A stretch of DNA of 64,000 bases from Octopus bimaculoides (GCF_001194135.2 NC_068982.1:137761209-137825208), one strand, 5' to 3'. Numbered from the stretch's first letter, positions 1-11,809 are shown. Made by a program: numbers and translations. Notes: a model not told the origin generated them from the letters alone.

Positions 1-86
1 AATATACTGCTTAGTATTAACAATATGGAAGACACACCAGAGGGGATTTTGGATGGGACAGAACAATCTAATAGAAGTGTCACCAG
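1..86 (+). CDS. Adhesion GPCR, partial exon (GAIN subdomain A region): NILLSINNMEDTPEGILDGTEQSNRSVT(R)
   Basis: Open frame from base 1 to donor CAG|GTAATA at 87; phase 2 (AG) joins the single A at 478 to give Arg. Upstream acceptor is outside the window. Confidence 0.7.
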
Positions 87-104
87 GTAATATTCAAATC
101 CCTT

Positions 105-177
<73 letters not shown>

Positions 178-290
178 CAGCAGCAGCAGCAGTGAACAGC
201 ATTAAAAGAAGAAGAAGAAGAAGAAGAAGAAGGAGAGGAAGAAGAAGAAGGAGAAGGAGAAGAAGAAGAAGAAGAAGCCGCCGCCGCCAT
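105..290. repeat. Compound trinucleotide microsatellite (GTA)n-(GCA)n-(GAA/GGA)n-(GCC)n, intronic
   Basis: Read directly from the sequence. Confidence 0.95.
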
Positions 291-477
291 AACAACAGCA
301 GCATAAACAATGAAATTAGTTGCATAAACACTGACAGTAACAATAGCAAAAGTAGAGGAAGCAACAGCGGACATATCAACATTTATTAATTGAAATTAGT
401 GTAATTACACGTGTAGTTAATTAGGAATTTGAAAAATACATTGTTTACTGAAAGTTATTTTCTTGATTTTCTTATAG

Positions 478-649
478 AATGCTGAACATTATAGAAACAA
501 TCCCAGACAAGATTTCACTGGAAGAACAGCAGGTCACAGTTTTATATTCAAATCTTGGCATTGGTGTTATCAGAGTGGAAAAGGACACTTTCAATGGTGC
601 CTCTTTTGGTGTTTTACCTAGAAATCAGGAAACTAAAGCCAAGACATTG
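478..649 (+). CDS. Adhesion GPCR exon, GAIN domain: MLNIIETIPDKISLEEQQVTVLYSNLGIGVIRVEKDTFNGASFGVLPRNQETKAKTL
   Basis: Acceptor ttcttatag|A at 477/478; donor TTG|GTACAA at 650, phase 0 (weak donor, but frame-compatible with next exon). Confidence 0.8.
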
Positions 650-818
650 GTACAATACTTTTTTGTGATTACTTTCTTATAAACAGGTTTATTCTAAACA
701 TTCAGGTTGATAGAATATGAGGGTGAACTGAAAAGTTCATGCATTCACTATGAAGGAATTAATGATAGATTTGTGAAATTTAGCATGCATTAATTTCAGG
801 TTTTCTTATTAATATCTA

Positions 819-1156
819 CCATAAATCCTCGAGTATAGTCTGCCCTTGAGTATAATACACAGGGGATTTTTAGAGGGCTGTACCTCTGAAAAACCTAAAC
901 CTTGTGTATAATATGCACCCCTTCTCTAACTTGAGTCAAGGAGGTCTATATAACGTCCTTGGTTTGTAAACATATATCCGGTAACATCCTTTATTATTAT
1001 TGTATGTATAACATAATGCAAACGTGTAGCTTTTTTGTGCACTTTGTTTGCAGAAAATAAAGAAATAACAGTAATAAAGTCAGTGAAAAATAAATATTAA
1101 GTAAATTGCCTTTACATGTTTATCACTTAGAAAATTTTGCTTAGAAAATATTTTTT
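819..1156 (+). mobile_element. Tc1/mariner-superfamily (Tc2/pogo-like) MITE, truncated by a gap
   Basis: Near-identical to 24310-24733; begins TA|CCATAAATCCTCGAGTATAG. Confidence 0.75.
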
Positions 1157-1468
1157 NNNNNNNNNNNNNNNNNNNNNNNNNNNNNNNNNNNNNNNNNNNN
1201 NNNNNNNNNNNNNNNNNNNNNNNNNNNNNNNNNNNNNNNNNNNNNNNNNNNNNNNNNNNNNNNNNNNNNNNNNNNNNNNNNNNNNNNNNNNNNNNNNNNN
1301 NNNNNNNNNNNNNNNNNNNNNNNNNNNNNNNNNNNNNNNNNNNNNNGGTGGTGGTGGTGGTGGTGGTGGTTTTGGTGGTGGTGGTGGTAGTGGTGGTGGT
1401 GGTGGTGGTAGTCGTAGTAGTAGTAGTAGTTTATTAATTTCGATTTTCCTTTCATTTTCCTTCGTCAG

Positions 1469-1612
1469 ATATACAGCTCCTCACAGCCAGAAGATACAAT
1501 GAAGATCTCCATTTCATTGCCAAGGAGTTTATTTAAACATCTGAAAAACGAAGAACAGTCGTCCGTTTCCAGGATTTCCTTTTTCTTCATTGAGGATGAT
1601 AAACTATACAGG
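1469..1612 (+). CDS. Adhesion GPCR exon, GAIN domain: IYSSSQPEDTMKISISLPRSLFKHLKNEEQSSVSRISFFFIEDDKLYR
   Basis: Polypyrimidine acceptor ttttccttcgtcag|; donor AGG|GTATGG; 'ISLPRSLF' and 'RISFFF..DDKLY' match typical GAIN subdomain B motifs. Confidence 0.88.
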
Positions 1613-1699
1613 GTATGGAACAAACATGGAAATTCTTCTTCAAACTGATTAAAGAATGCTTGAATTCATACTTTTTGATAATTGAGAAAACAATGCTAA

Positions 1700-2225
1700 T
1701 ATAACGCGACTGCATGGTTCTGGGTTCAGTTCCACTGTGTGCTACCTTGGGCAAGTGTCTTCACCTATAGACTCAGGCCAACCAAAGCCTTGTGAGTGGA
1801 TTTGGTGGACGGAAACTGAAAAAAACAAAGGCCATCATGTATGTGTGTGTGTGTGCACGCGTGTGTCTTGTGTGTGTGCGCGCATGCACGTGTGTGTCTT
1901 GTGTGTGTGTTGTATGTGTGTGTGTGTGTGTGTATGTGTGTGCATGTGTGTGTGTTGTGTGTGCGCAGGTTGTGTATGTGTGCATGCACATGTGTGTGTT
2001 ATGTGTGCACAGGTTGTATGTGTGTATGTGTGTATGGGCATGCATGTGTATGTGTATGTGTGTGCATGTGTGAGTGTGCACATGTGTTATATGTGTGCTG
2101 TATGTGTTTTGTTTGTGTGTGTCTTTGTGTCAGTCTTTGTCCCCTGCCACTTCTTGACAAGTGGCATTGAAGCATCTACGCCCCCATAACTTAGTGGTTT
2201 GGCAAAAAACAGAATAAATATCAGG
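1700..2225 (+). mobile_element. tRNA-derived SINE family A with an expanded internal (GT)-rich microsatellite
   Basis: Head 'ggttctgggttcagttccactg...gtgagtggatttggtggacggaaactgaa' and body 'cttgacaa...ataacttag..gtttggcaaaa' shared with many copies in the window. Confidence 0.75.
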
Positions 2226-2244
2226 AAGCCCTGGGATTGATACC

Positions 2245-2580
2245 ATCATCATCATTTAACGTCCATTGTCCATACTGGTATGGATTGCATGGTTTGACCA
2301 GGGCTGGTAAGCTAGAAGGCTACACCAGACTCCAGTCTGATTTGGCATGGTTTTCTACAGCTGGATGCCCTTCCTAATGCCAACCACTCTCAATGCATGC
2401 TTTTACATGCCACCAGTACAGGTGTCATTTACGTGACACCAATATCAGCCACAACTGTGATTTTGCTTGGCTTGATGGGTCTTCTTCTCAAGCATAACAT
2501 AATGCCAAAGGTCTTGGCCATTGCTTCTGTGAGGCCCAACACTCAAAAGCTCAGCCACCTCACCTTCGTGAGGCTCAATG
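2245..2580 (-). mobile_element. RTE-type LINE 3' fragment with (GAT)n tail, including a remnant of the ORF end (VLGLTEAMAK)
   Basis: 'ctacagctggatgcccttcctaatgccaaccac' motif and (CAT)n; revcomp of 2510-2550 encodes VLGLTEAM. Confidence 0.7.
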
Positions 2581-2581
2581 C

Positions 2582-3118
2582 TTGAAAGGAACTCAGCCAT
2601 TTTGTCTCCGTGAAGCCCAACACTCAAAAGGAACTCAGCCACTTTGTCTCTATGAGGCCCAACACTCAAAAGGAACTCAGCCACTTTGTCTCTATGAGGC
2701 CCAACACTCAAAAGGAACTCGGCCACTTTGTCTCTATGAGGCCCAACACTCAAAAGGAACTCAGCCACTTTGCNNNNNNNNNNNNNNNNNNNNNNNNNNN
2801 NNNNNNNNNNNNNNNNNNNNNNNNNNNNNNNNNNNNNNNNNNNNNNNNNNNNNNNNNNNNNNNNNNNNNNNNNNNNNNNNNNNNNNNNNNNNNNNNNNNN
2901 NNNNNNNNNNNNNNNNNNNNNNNNNNNNNNNNNNNNNNNNNNNNNNNNNNNNNNNNNAGCCCAACACTCAAAAGGAACTCAGCCACTTTGTCTCTATGAG
3001 GCCCAACACTCAAAAGGAACTCAGCCACTTTGTCTCTATGAGGCCCAACACTCAAAAGGAACTCGGCCACTTTGTCTCTATGAGGCCCAACACTCAAAAG
3101 GAACTCAGCCACTTTGCC
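2582..3118. repeat. 42-bp minisatellite AGGCCCAACACTCAAAAGGAACTCAGCCACTTTGTCTCTATG spanning an assembly gap
   Basis: About 4 units before and 4 after the N run; near-identical units. Confidence 0.95.
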
Positions 3119-3758
3119 TTTGGTCAAAAATTATTCAAGGTGGTGCTCTGCCTGGCTTTGGACTAATGACTGAAACAAGCAAAAGACAAACGATTGAAGA
3201 TGAAAGGTGTATATATGAAAGTGTGTGTGTGTGTGTGTGTACGTGTGCCATTTATAATGCATCTACAAACTCAGAACAGCACTTGTCCCTCTTTTAAGGG
3301 ACTTGGTGTGTTAGAAACACATCTCACTCAGAAGTGACATCAATAAATCATTTGATACCTGAATGTTGGTCTGTTTTGGACTCCACAGCAACAAATACCC
3401 GAGACATCCTTAGTTAATTCAGGATCTTTGTTCCAATATAAAAATATCAACAAACAAGACATTCACTGATTTATTCAGGAGTTTGCCAGGTTTAAATTCA
3501 ATCAATACATACACTTGAAACAGCCGTAGAGTAGAATAATTATATTTATAACATTTGTGAATTAAATGCAAATGCAGAATAGGTCAAGTTATAATATTTT
3601 GTCATAGGACCCTGTTATAACACATCAAGTCCCTTAAGAGAAATTTCTATGAGACACACATACACATATGCACACATACACAAATGCTCTTGCTTTCCCC
3701 CCATGCTCTCTCTCTCTCTCTCTCTCTTTCTTCCTTTCCCTCTCTCACACTCACATAG

Positions 3759-3863
<105 letters not shown>

Positions 3864-4193
3864 AACACACACATACACACACAAACACAAAAACATATGA
3901 TGTCAGCATTGTTTTAAGATTCATTTTTCCATGCTTGCAAAGGTTAGGCAGGATTCCTTGTGCCTGATTTCCAGTTGCTAACCCTCTCTTGTTTCAAACA
4001 AGGTAGTCTTTCCTTGTGGCTTGACATGTTTATATGACCATGATGCTTTTATGACCATGATGACCACTTATATGACAATGATGCTTTTTCCCTAGCATAT
4101 GAACTCTTCAAAACTATAAAGCTACCATTCCAGATTGTTTCGGAAAATATTCAACTCAGTCGTATTCACTGTGATCCAGATGACATTTTCAGT

Positions 4194-5000
4194 ATGCCTA
4201 AAGCTACAAGGCTTTCCGAAATTGAACAAGAGAAGATTCTTGCTCTGAAAGTGGAAGGAATGAGTAACTGGAAGATTGCCGAGAAGATTCAGCAAAGCAG
4301 AACACTTGTGGACAAGTTTCTGAAGACCCTGATAGCTACTACAAGGGGTTCGTGTTGGTAGACATCCCAAGGTTGCATTGGAAAAGGATGAAAGGGCCAT
4401 TGTCAGAGTTGTGAAGAAGTCATGCTGCTCTTCTGTTTTCAAAATCAAAACATCAGCCTTGATATCCACCGTATGAAGGGTGATTTTGAACCCTGGTTTC
4501 CACCTGTATAAGTGGTTCGGACATCCGTTATTGTCCCCTTCCCACGAAGCTGTTACGTTGAAGTTTGCTAGGCAGCATTAGTGGGATGGTGAATGGACCA
4601 GGGTTCTGTTCTCTGGTGAGAAAAAATGGAATTTGGATATCCCTGACGGTTATATGTATTACTGGACAGGTAAATGTATTGGAGGAGGTCTTATGGTATA
4701 GGGAGCAATAGCTGCCAATGGGAAGCTGCCGCTCATCATCATGGGTGGCCATTTCAATTGCTGTGTGATACATCGATATGTTGGATGGAGCTGACATCGA
4801 CAAAGAAGGAAGAAGGTTGTGTGGAGAAAACTTCATATTTCAAGAGTCCTATAGAGAATGCCTGGAGTTATCTCATGAACGTTGTGTACAGTGAAGGCAA
4901 GCAGTATTCATCTGTTGACGAACTCAAAATAGCAATAAAGAAGGCCAGGGAAGATCTTTTACTTGTCTGCAGCAGAAGGGGATTGAGAGACTGAAATCAC
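4194..5000 (+). mobile_element. Tc3-like (Tc1/mariner) transposase pseudogene
   Basis: MPKATRLSEIEQEKILALKVEG..., [24 protein letters not shown] and SPIENAWSYL..VY...KQYSSVDELK resemble Tc3 transposase; frameshifts and stops present. Confidence 0.85.
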
Positions 5001-5425
5001 ATGTTTTTGAAGTAATTCAGAAAGGTGATGGTCAAACACACTATTGTTGATGTATTGCATGAGAATATCATTGAAATATATCATAATTTCCCCATTTTGC
5101 ATCATTTTTGCAACATTATTCAACTTGGCATTATAGTTTTGTACCCGGGTTTCTGGCTTTGTATGTTCTTTTTAATTATTATCTTATTTGTCTTTGGATT
5201 TCAATAAATTTGAAGACTGCAATGGCTTCTTCAAGTCCATTTCCTATTTAGAGGTGAGTTTCATGAATTTGAGTTGTAAATTTTGCCAGAAAAAAAAAGA
5301 AGCACTGTGTTCTGGCTTTATAGCTTTGAACAGCAGTTTACAATGACACAGACGTTTCATCCTTTAACAATGCCTTAAACTCTTCTATTGGTTAAATTAG
5401 TTTATTTAATGACTTCTCTTTACAG

Positions 5426-5554
5426 GTGATACAAACATCTTCTACCAAAGAATATAGCAAAATTACCAGTCATATTATTTCTGCAAATGTTCTTAACATT
5501 CAGATAACTAACCTTGAAGAACCAGTAAAAATATCATTCAATTTAGTATATCAG
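5426..5554 (+). CDS. Adhesion GPCR exon, GAIN domain: VIQTSSTKEYSKITSHIISANVLNIQITNLEEPVKISFNLVYQ
   Basis: Acceptor ctctttacag|, donor CAG|GTAACA, phase 0-0; 'SHIISA..ITNLEEPVKISF' is the characteristic pre-GPS segment. Confidence 0.9.
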
Positions 5555-5704
5555 GTAACACCTAAATATTATATTTCTCATAGCTGTTGTTTGTGTTGTA
5601 AATGTTGTAGTCACTGTTTCATTTGAAGGCTCTCTCTGATTCCTCCTGAAAAAAATACAAACCACAGCAGCAGCAAAAACATAATTGCATTAATATTTGC
5701 TGTG

Positions 5705-6150
5705 ATTAAGGCAGCGAGCTAGCAGAAATGTTAGCATATCAGGCAAAATGCTTAGTGGTATTTCGTCTGTCTTTACGCTCTGAGTTCCAATACCGCTGAG
5801 GTCAACTTTGCCTTTCTTCCTTTTGGGGGTCGATAAATTAAGTGTAAGTTACGTACTGGGGTTGATTTAATCGACTGGCCCTCTCCCCACAAATTTCGGA
5901 CCTTGTGCCTAGGGTAGAAACGAATATTTCTAAGACTCTTAAGGCAGGGAGCTGGCAGAAATGTTAGAATGCCAGACGAAATGTTTAGCGGTATTTCATC
6001 CGCCTTTATGTTCTGAATTCCAATTCCGCCAAGGTCGACTTTGCCTTTCATCCTTTCAGGGTCGATAAATTAGGTACCAGCTGCATACTGGGCTCGATCT
6101 AATTGACTGGCCCTCTCCCCCAAATTTCAGTCCTTGTGCCTAGAGTAGAC
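5705..6150 (+). mobile_element. Two adjacent copies of tRNA-derived SINE family B
   Basis: 'gagct(a/g)gcagaaatgttag...gagttccaa...aggtc(a/g)actttgcctttc...gtcgataaatta' occurs at about 5715 and 5950; other copies at 17060(-), 26520(-), 40246, 43010(-), 55260. Confidence 0.8.
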
Positions 6151-6335
6151 AACAAAAAAAAGGAAAAAAAAAATATTTGCTGTGATTGTTATTGAGTTTT
6201 GCATTCAGGATCATCCTTGCTCTGGTCCCTGATACATAGGTAATCCCTGTTAAACAAGGTACAATTCACAAATCTAGAGTTCCAGAAACATCATCTTCAC
6301 TTAGTTGAGGGATATACTCCACATTTCCATATATA

Positions 6336-6525
6336 CAAGAGGGTGCTGAAAAGTTCCTGGCTTTGGTTAATTATGATCTTATTCTACATATTCCCCTCTG
6401 AGATTCACACACTTATTGCAGCAGTCCTTCAGTTTTCTAAACCATGTAAAAGAACTTGGAAGGTTGGGCCTCCAACCAGGCCTTTCACAATACCCTTAAA
6501 GCCAGGAATTGCTTAATACCCCTCA
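6336..6525. mobile_element. Mariner-type MITE
   Basis: Imperfect TIRs TA|CAAGAGGGTGCTGAAAAGTTCCTGGCTTT ... AAAGCCAGGAATTGCTTAATACCCCTCA|TA; partial copies near 715 and 7805. Confidence 0.65.
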
Positions 6526-6539
6526 TATGTATATATGTA

Positions 6540-6725
6540 TCATCATCATCATCATCATCGTTTAACGTCCGCTTTCCATGGTAGCATGGGTTGGACGATT
6601 TGACTGAGGACTGGCAAATCAGGTGGCTGCACCAGGCTCCAATTTGATCTGGCAGAGTTTCTACAGCTGGATGCCCTTCCTAATGCCAACCACTCTGAGA
6701 GTGTAGTGGGCGCTTTTGCGTGCCA
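6540..6725 (-). mobile_element. RTE-LINE 3'UTR copy with (GAT)n tail (family C), cut by a gap
   Basis: 'catcatcatcgtttaacgtccgctttccatg.tagcatgggttggacgatttgactgaggactgg' motif. Confidence 0.85.
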
Positions 6726-7427
6726 NNNNNNNNNNNNNNNNNNNNNNNNNNNNNNNNNNNNNNNNNNNNNNNNNNNNNNNNNNNNNNNNNNNNNNNNNNN
6801 NNNNNNNNNNNNNNNNNNNNNNNNNNNNNNNNNNNNNNNNNNNNNNNNNNNNNNNNNNNNNNNNNNNNNNNNNNNNNNNNNNNNNNNNNNNNNNNNNNNN
6901 NNNNNNNNNNNNNNNNNNNNNNNNNNNNNNNNNNNNNNNNNNNNNNNNNNNNNNNNNNNNNNNNNNNNNNNNNNNNNNNNNNNNNNNNNNNNNNNNNNNN
7001 NNNNNNNNNNNNNNNNNNNNNNNNNNNNNNNNNNNNNNNNNNNNNNNNNNNNNNNNNNNNNNNNNNNNNNNNNNNNNNNNNNNNNNNNNNNNNNNNNNNN
7101 NNNNNNNNNNNNNNNNNNNNNNNNNNNNNNNNNNNNNNNNNNNNNNNNNNNNNNNNNNNNNNNNNNNNNNNNNNNNNNNNNNNNNNNNNNNNNNNNNNNN
7201 NNNNNNNNNNNNNNNNNNNNNNNNNNNNNNNNNNNNNNNNNNNNNNNNNNNNNNNNNNNNNNNNNNNNNNTAAAGCCTACATACAGTTTGTGAAATTCCT
7301 TCCTAAAGATTCGTACCATTCTACTCTCCAAGAAGTTTTTTTCTTAATTGTAACTTTTTGAAAAACGTTTTCTCTAAATAAATATATATATATATATGTA
7401 TATATATGTATATATATATATATATGG

Positions 7428-7522
<95 letters not shown>

Positions 7523-7534
7523 GATAGATAGGCA

Positions 7535-7990
7535 CAGGAGTGGCTGTGTGGTAAGTAGCTTGCTTACCAACCACATGGCTCCAGGTTCAGTCCCACTGCA
7601 TAGCGCCTTTGGCAAGTATCTTCTACTATGGCTTTGGGCCACCCAAAGCCTTGAGTGGATTTGGTAGACGGAAACTGAAAGAAGCGCATCATGTGTGTGT
7701 GTATTTGTCCCTTCACCATTGCTTGACAACCAATGTTGGTGTGTTTACATCCCCATAACTTAGCAGTTTGGCAAAAGAGACCAATAGAATAAGTACTAGG
7801 CTTTAATTCCTGGCTTTAAGGGTATTGTGAAAGGCCTGGTTGGAGAGGCCCAACCTTCCAAGTTCTTTTACAGAGCTTAGAAAAAGAGACCAATAGAATA
7901 AGTCCTGGGATCAATTCATTCGACTAAAGGCTAAATGCTCCAGCATGGCTACAGTCAAATGACTGAAACAAATAAAAGAATAAAAGAATA
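7535..7990 (+). mobile_element. tRNA-derived SINE family A
   Basis: Head 'ggagtggctgtgtggtaagtagcttgcttaccaaccacatgg..ggttcagtcccactg' (A/B-box-like) and tail 'cagtcaaatgactgaaacaaataaaagaataaaagaata'. Confidence 0.85.
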
Positions 7991-8207
7991 TAGGATGCAG
8001 TGTAAATTATGAGAATATACATAACTCTATAAATGAGATGGAATGTTCCATTAAACTATCACAGCCTGTGATATGGGATATCTCAATAATAACCAAACAC
8101 AAATGACAATGGTCTGTTCTGATGTTTTCTATGCCAAATAAACCGACATTCTAATTACTAAGCAAGTTGATTAAATTATCAGAATTAAATTTTTTTTTTT
8201 CTTTCAG

Positions 8208-8345
8208 AACCAACAGTGTGCTTATTGGGATGAATCCTCTGGTCAGAAACCACGTTGGTCAACCAATGGCTGTAATACAACCACCAATGGTCCTGGAGAT
8301 AAAGTAGTTTGTTCCTGTAATCACCTTACAAGTTTTACTCTACTG
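8208..8345 (+). CDS. Adhesion GPCR exon, GPS motif: NQQCAYWDESSGQKPRWSTNGCNTTTNGPGDKVVCSCNHLTSFTLL
   Basis: Acceptor (T)10ctttcag|; canonical GPS C-x-Y-W...W-x-x-x-G-C...C-x-C-x-H-L-T-S-F; in-frame donor CTG|GTTGGT at 8346 (a second GT at 8350 is out of frame). Confidence 0.93.
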
Positions 8346-8904
8346 GTTGGTAATATTATGACAAGTCATAAGTACCAGTAATTCAGCAGTTATGTTTATG
8401 TATCAATAATTTTAAAGAGTTGTATATACTAACACACCTACTGGACTTTGTGTTGATTGGTAATATAGGAATATTAATAGGGGTTATTGTATTTTTATTT
8501 TTAAACTTTGGATTGAAATGGGAGTTGCGTTTGTGATATATAATGATTTTTAGATTTATGAGATAAAAATATTTAAAGCTTGATTATAGGGGGATAAGAG
8601 AATTTTACTTTTTTTTAAATAAAATATCAAGAGTTTTAATTTTATTAAGGTTGATAAATGGTAAGACAGCATTGTTCTTGTTGCTATTTCTGTTATTAGT
8701 TTAAATTTAGGATGGTACCTTTTAGATGTATCGAACTACCATTCTCAATGAAATACATAGGAATTCCTCCAGCATTGATATGAATTGGAGGGAGGCAGAA
8801 TCATTTCTCCTGGTTTTGAAATTCATTGTGCTAAAACTATCCGAATAGTTGAAGTAGTTGTATGCTGTCAACTTAATGTGTCAGCCCACTGAAGGGAATA
8901 ATAC

Positions 8905-9783
8905 TGACCTATGATTGGCCCTTTTCTATTGACCAATCTGGGATGGAGGAGTAGCAGTTTTTCATTTTGGCAATTTCATGGCAATATGTTTCTGCAGTAA
9001 TGGTTTTGCTGGGTTTTAAGAAGTTATAGTGGATGAATCCAGCAGTACACCACCAAACAATCACCATAACCTTCTTTTTGAAGAGCTTGGGTTTGGGGAA
9101 GGTTTTCGGTGCTTCATTCTGGTCCAACAAGTGCAAAGAACATTTTTTTTATTATTGTACAGAATCCTCTTTTCATTGCAAGTTATAATGAATCAGTCTG
9201 GATATGGAGAAGAAGCAATGAGTGAATTTCATATCTGCGCATTTTCTGATTTTCATTCAAATCGTGTGATACCCATTTGTTGAGCCGTTTTAGTTTTCTG
9301 ATTGCATGTAAATGGTTTCAGGCAGTTTTCTGGCTAATTTGAAGTTATTTTGCCAGATCTAGAGTGGTTTTATGTGGATCTTTCTCAATGATGGTCTTCG
9401 ATTGACTGTCATCAATGACAGATGGATGTCCAAGGCTCAGGTTTCCACTGTGAAATCGTTTAAACCATTTTTGTGTTGACCACACACTGGTCATTTCCTC
9501 ACCAAACATTTCGTTGATATTGTAAGCAGTTTCATCTGCTCTACATCCTCTTTTGAAGTTGAATAGCAAAATTGCTCGAATATCGCGCTTTGACAACTCC
9601 ATTTCAGATGATTGTAACAACGGTGAAAAAATACCAATAGTAGTTTATTGATGCATTTGGGCAAGTCTATGTCTGTATTATCAAACAATTGCAAAAACAA
9701 TGTTTAAAAAAAATTCAAAACTGCCAAAATCCGGAACAAATTCTTCATGGTTCAAAACATTGCTTACTTTTTACTCAACCTGA
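8905..9783 (-). mobile_element. Mariner (DD34D-type) transposase pseudogene, 3'-truncated
   Basis: MELSKRDIRAILLFNFKRG...WFKRFHSG and LDQNEAPKTFPKPKLFKKKVMVIVWW...ETYC are mariner motifs; 5' end TA|TCAGGTTGAGTAAAAAG. Confidence 0.88.
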
Positions 9784-9995
9784 TATACATTATGACGGCA
9801 GTGAAACTTCATATTAGAGTTGTGCAACACGTAATAGAAGATAACCCAATAATACATTGTTTCTAATACAGTTTACTGTAGTCCTCACCTTCTTCATCAA
9901 TGCTATATCCACTTATGATTTATATAAGTATTGATTGACACAGATGAAATGAAGTGGAGGGGGAGTTAATATGTTGTTGTTTGTGTCTGTTTCAG

Positions 9996-10090
9996 GATGT
10001 CGAGCAGCCCTCATTTGTTTTGTCACACGTTAGCTGTGGAATATCATTAGTCTTGCACATTCTTATAGCAATTTTTTATGGTTGTATCAA
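9996..10090 (+). CDS. Adhesion GPCR exon, TM1: DVEQPSFVLSHVSCGISLVLHILIAIFYGCI(K)
   Basis: Acceptor tgtctgtttcag|, donor AA|GTAAGC, phase 2; 'S..SCGISL' resembles the adhesion-GPCR TM1 consensus (YIGCGIS). Confidence 0.88.
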
Positions 10091-10779
10091 GTAAGCATTT
10101 CAATTTCTATTTTCTTTTAAAAACTGTTTAAATACCAAGAGACAGCATCCATCACTTTGTAGGGTTCTCACAGGCTGGTAAGATCAATGTGGTTGATGTC
10201 TATAGGAAAAAACACGAATGAACGGACAATTTCGAAATGTTGTCACTCTGATGAGGATTGACAGGACAAATATGGTAGTGTAGGTTTTTTGAGTGACTCT
10301 CAGTAAGGATGACATAAAAAAGAGAAAGGGCTAGGGATGAGGGAAGTCTATCATGTGTATTTAGTTTATAGCTTGTTAATTCAGAAAATTACAGACCAAT
10401 AAGGTAGTAACAGTAATGACTCTGTCTCTACTACTACTACTACTCTACCGCTCTCTACTATTTTTATGCATTATAATGGTAAGCAAGTTGTTATAGTGTG
10501 TTGGTGAGTTAAGATTGATGCTATTCACCCAGATCAACTTCTTTTGAGTGTGGTCTACAATATGTGTGTGTGTGTGTAGATAGAGGCAACACCCTCTCAT
10601 AGAAGTGAGCAGTGCTCTATTTTGAAACTGACTTGAGATTTGTAGAATATCAGCATTTGCTTAAAGTTAGTCAGTATCGCCTGACCCTAAACAGCAATCT
10701 AAGTTTTCCTGACACAGTGTTAGCAATGGTCTATACATACATAATACATACATACATACATATATACCTACCTACATAA

Positions 10780-10809
<30 letters not shown>

Positions 10810-10810
<1 letters not shown>

Positions 10811-11010
10811 TGGGGCCCTGGGATATGTAACACACTGCCTAAATACCAATCTTGAGAAATTAGGCTTCTCAAAACCAGAAATGAGAAAGCTAATTCGAAG
10901 ACTACAGATCCAATCCATCACTGGAACTGTAAAAATCTGTAAAACTTTACAAAACTTTGTCATTTAAATATATATGAGCATGTCTAGATATGCAACTATA
11001 TGCATGAAAC
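10810..11010 (+). mobile_element. 3' fragment of an RLE-type (R4/Dong-like) non-LTR retrotransposon next to (TACA)n
   Basis: Encodes GALGYVTHCLNTNLEKLGFSKPEMRKLIRRLQIQSITGTVKICKT; homologous to 32470-32690(-) and 28620-28790(-). Confidence 0.75.
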
Positions 11011-11535
11011 AAAACATAGAAATTTGCATCACCAGTCTGGAACCCCTATCTTGCTTAGGACATTGACTTCCTGGAAACTGTTCAGAGATGTGCAACCATG
11101 CAAATACCTTCCATCCAGTATCTACCATACTCTGTACATCTTGCTTCCCTGGGCATAGATAATTTGAAGCTCTAATGTCTGGCAACACTCACAAAATTAT
11201 TAACCATTGTGCCAACCAACCTCCTTGAGAACTTTTTCGAGCTCTATGTGTCTAACACATGTGGGGCATGTCTACAAAGTCAGAAAACAGCACAGCTCCC
11301 ATGACTTTCGGAAACATTTTTTCACACTCAAAGTTGCTGAAGCATGGAATAAACTGCATCAGTTGTTAGCTGCTTAGACATTGCATCCTTTAAAACTTCC
11401 ATGCTTCCTGAAATTCGCCAACACTACACCTGATAATACAGTTCTATATTTAAGCGATGAGGAATTATGTACACTATTTACATTATTTACATTATTTACA
11501 TTTGACGGATATTTGTCCTCATTTGCATGCTGTTA

Positions 11536-11580
11536 ACACAACATTTCGGCTGATATACCCTCCTGCCTTCATCAGGTGTC
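11536..11580 (-). ncRNA. Minimal type I hammerhead ribozyme motif (Penelope-type)
   Basis: Minus strand gACAC-CTGATGA-A-GGCaggagggtatatcaGCC-GAA-ATGT-T-GTGTt: stem I ACAC/GTGT, stem II GGC/GCC; C>T change in palindromic stem III. Confidence 0.65.
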
Positions 11581-11771
11581 TTGGGGGAAAGTTCTCATTC
11601 CTAAGGTATTTTTCAATGTTATTATTCAGGTTACTGCTTGGAATCGAACTCGGAATCTTGGGGTTTGTAGCCCGCACTCTTAACCACTACACCATATGCC
11701 CATAAGCATAGTAGTTAAGAGTGTGGGCTACTAAGCCCAAGATTCCAAGTTCGATTCCAGGCAGTGACCTA

Positions 11772-11803
<32 letters not shown>

Positions 11804-11809
11804 TAATAA

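Noticed and set aside
80-389. ORFs with poly-L, poly-T or poly-R
   Set aside because: Translations of an intronic trinucleotide microsatellite between two well-supported exons.
1737-2189. Cys/Val- and His/Thr-rich ORFs here and at 3615-3967, 15823-16178, 30045-30412, 32580-32985, 41976-42927, 47646-48226, 59951-60285
   Set aside because: Products of (GT)n/(CA)n/(TA)n tracts, which lack stop codons; no splice or domain support.
2582-3118. 42-bp and 19-bp (57177-57535) arrays as CRISPR
   Set aside because: No unique spacers, no cas genes, and the context is eukaryotic.
6555-7361. Long X-containing ORFs (also at 1137, 2750, 15249, 30355, 35573, 40003, 53139, 57694)
   Set aside because: Artefacts of N-gaps.
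11625-11770. Two functional tRNA genes
   Set aside because: A/B boxes are present but the acceptor stem and anticodon loop are not canonical, and both are embedded in a repeat; treated as SINE heads.
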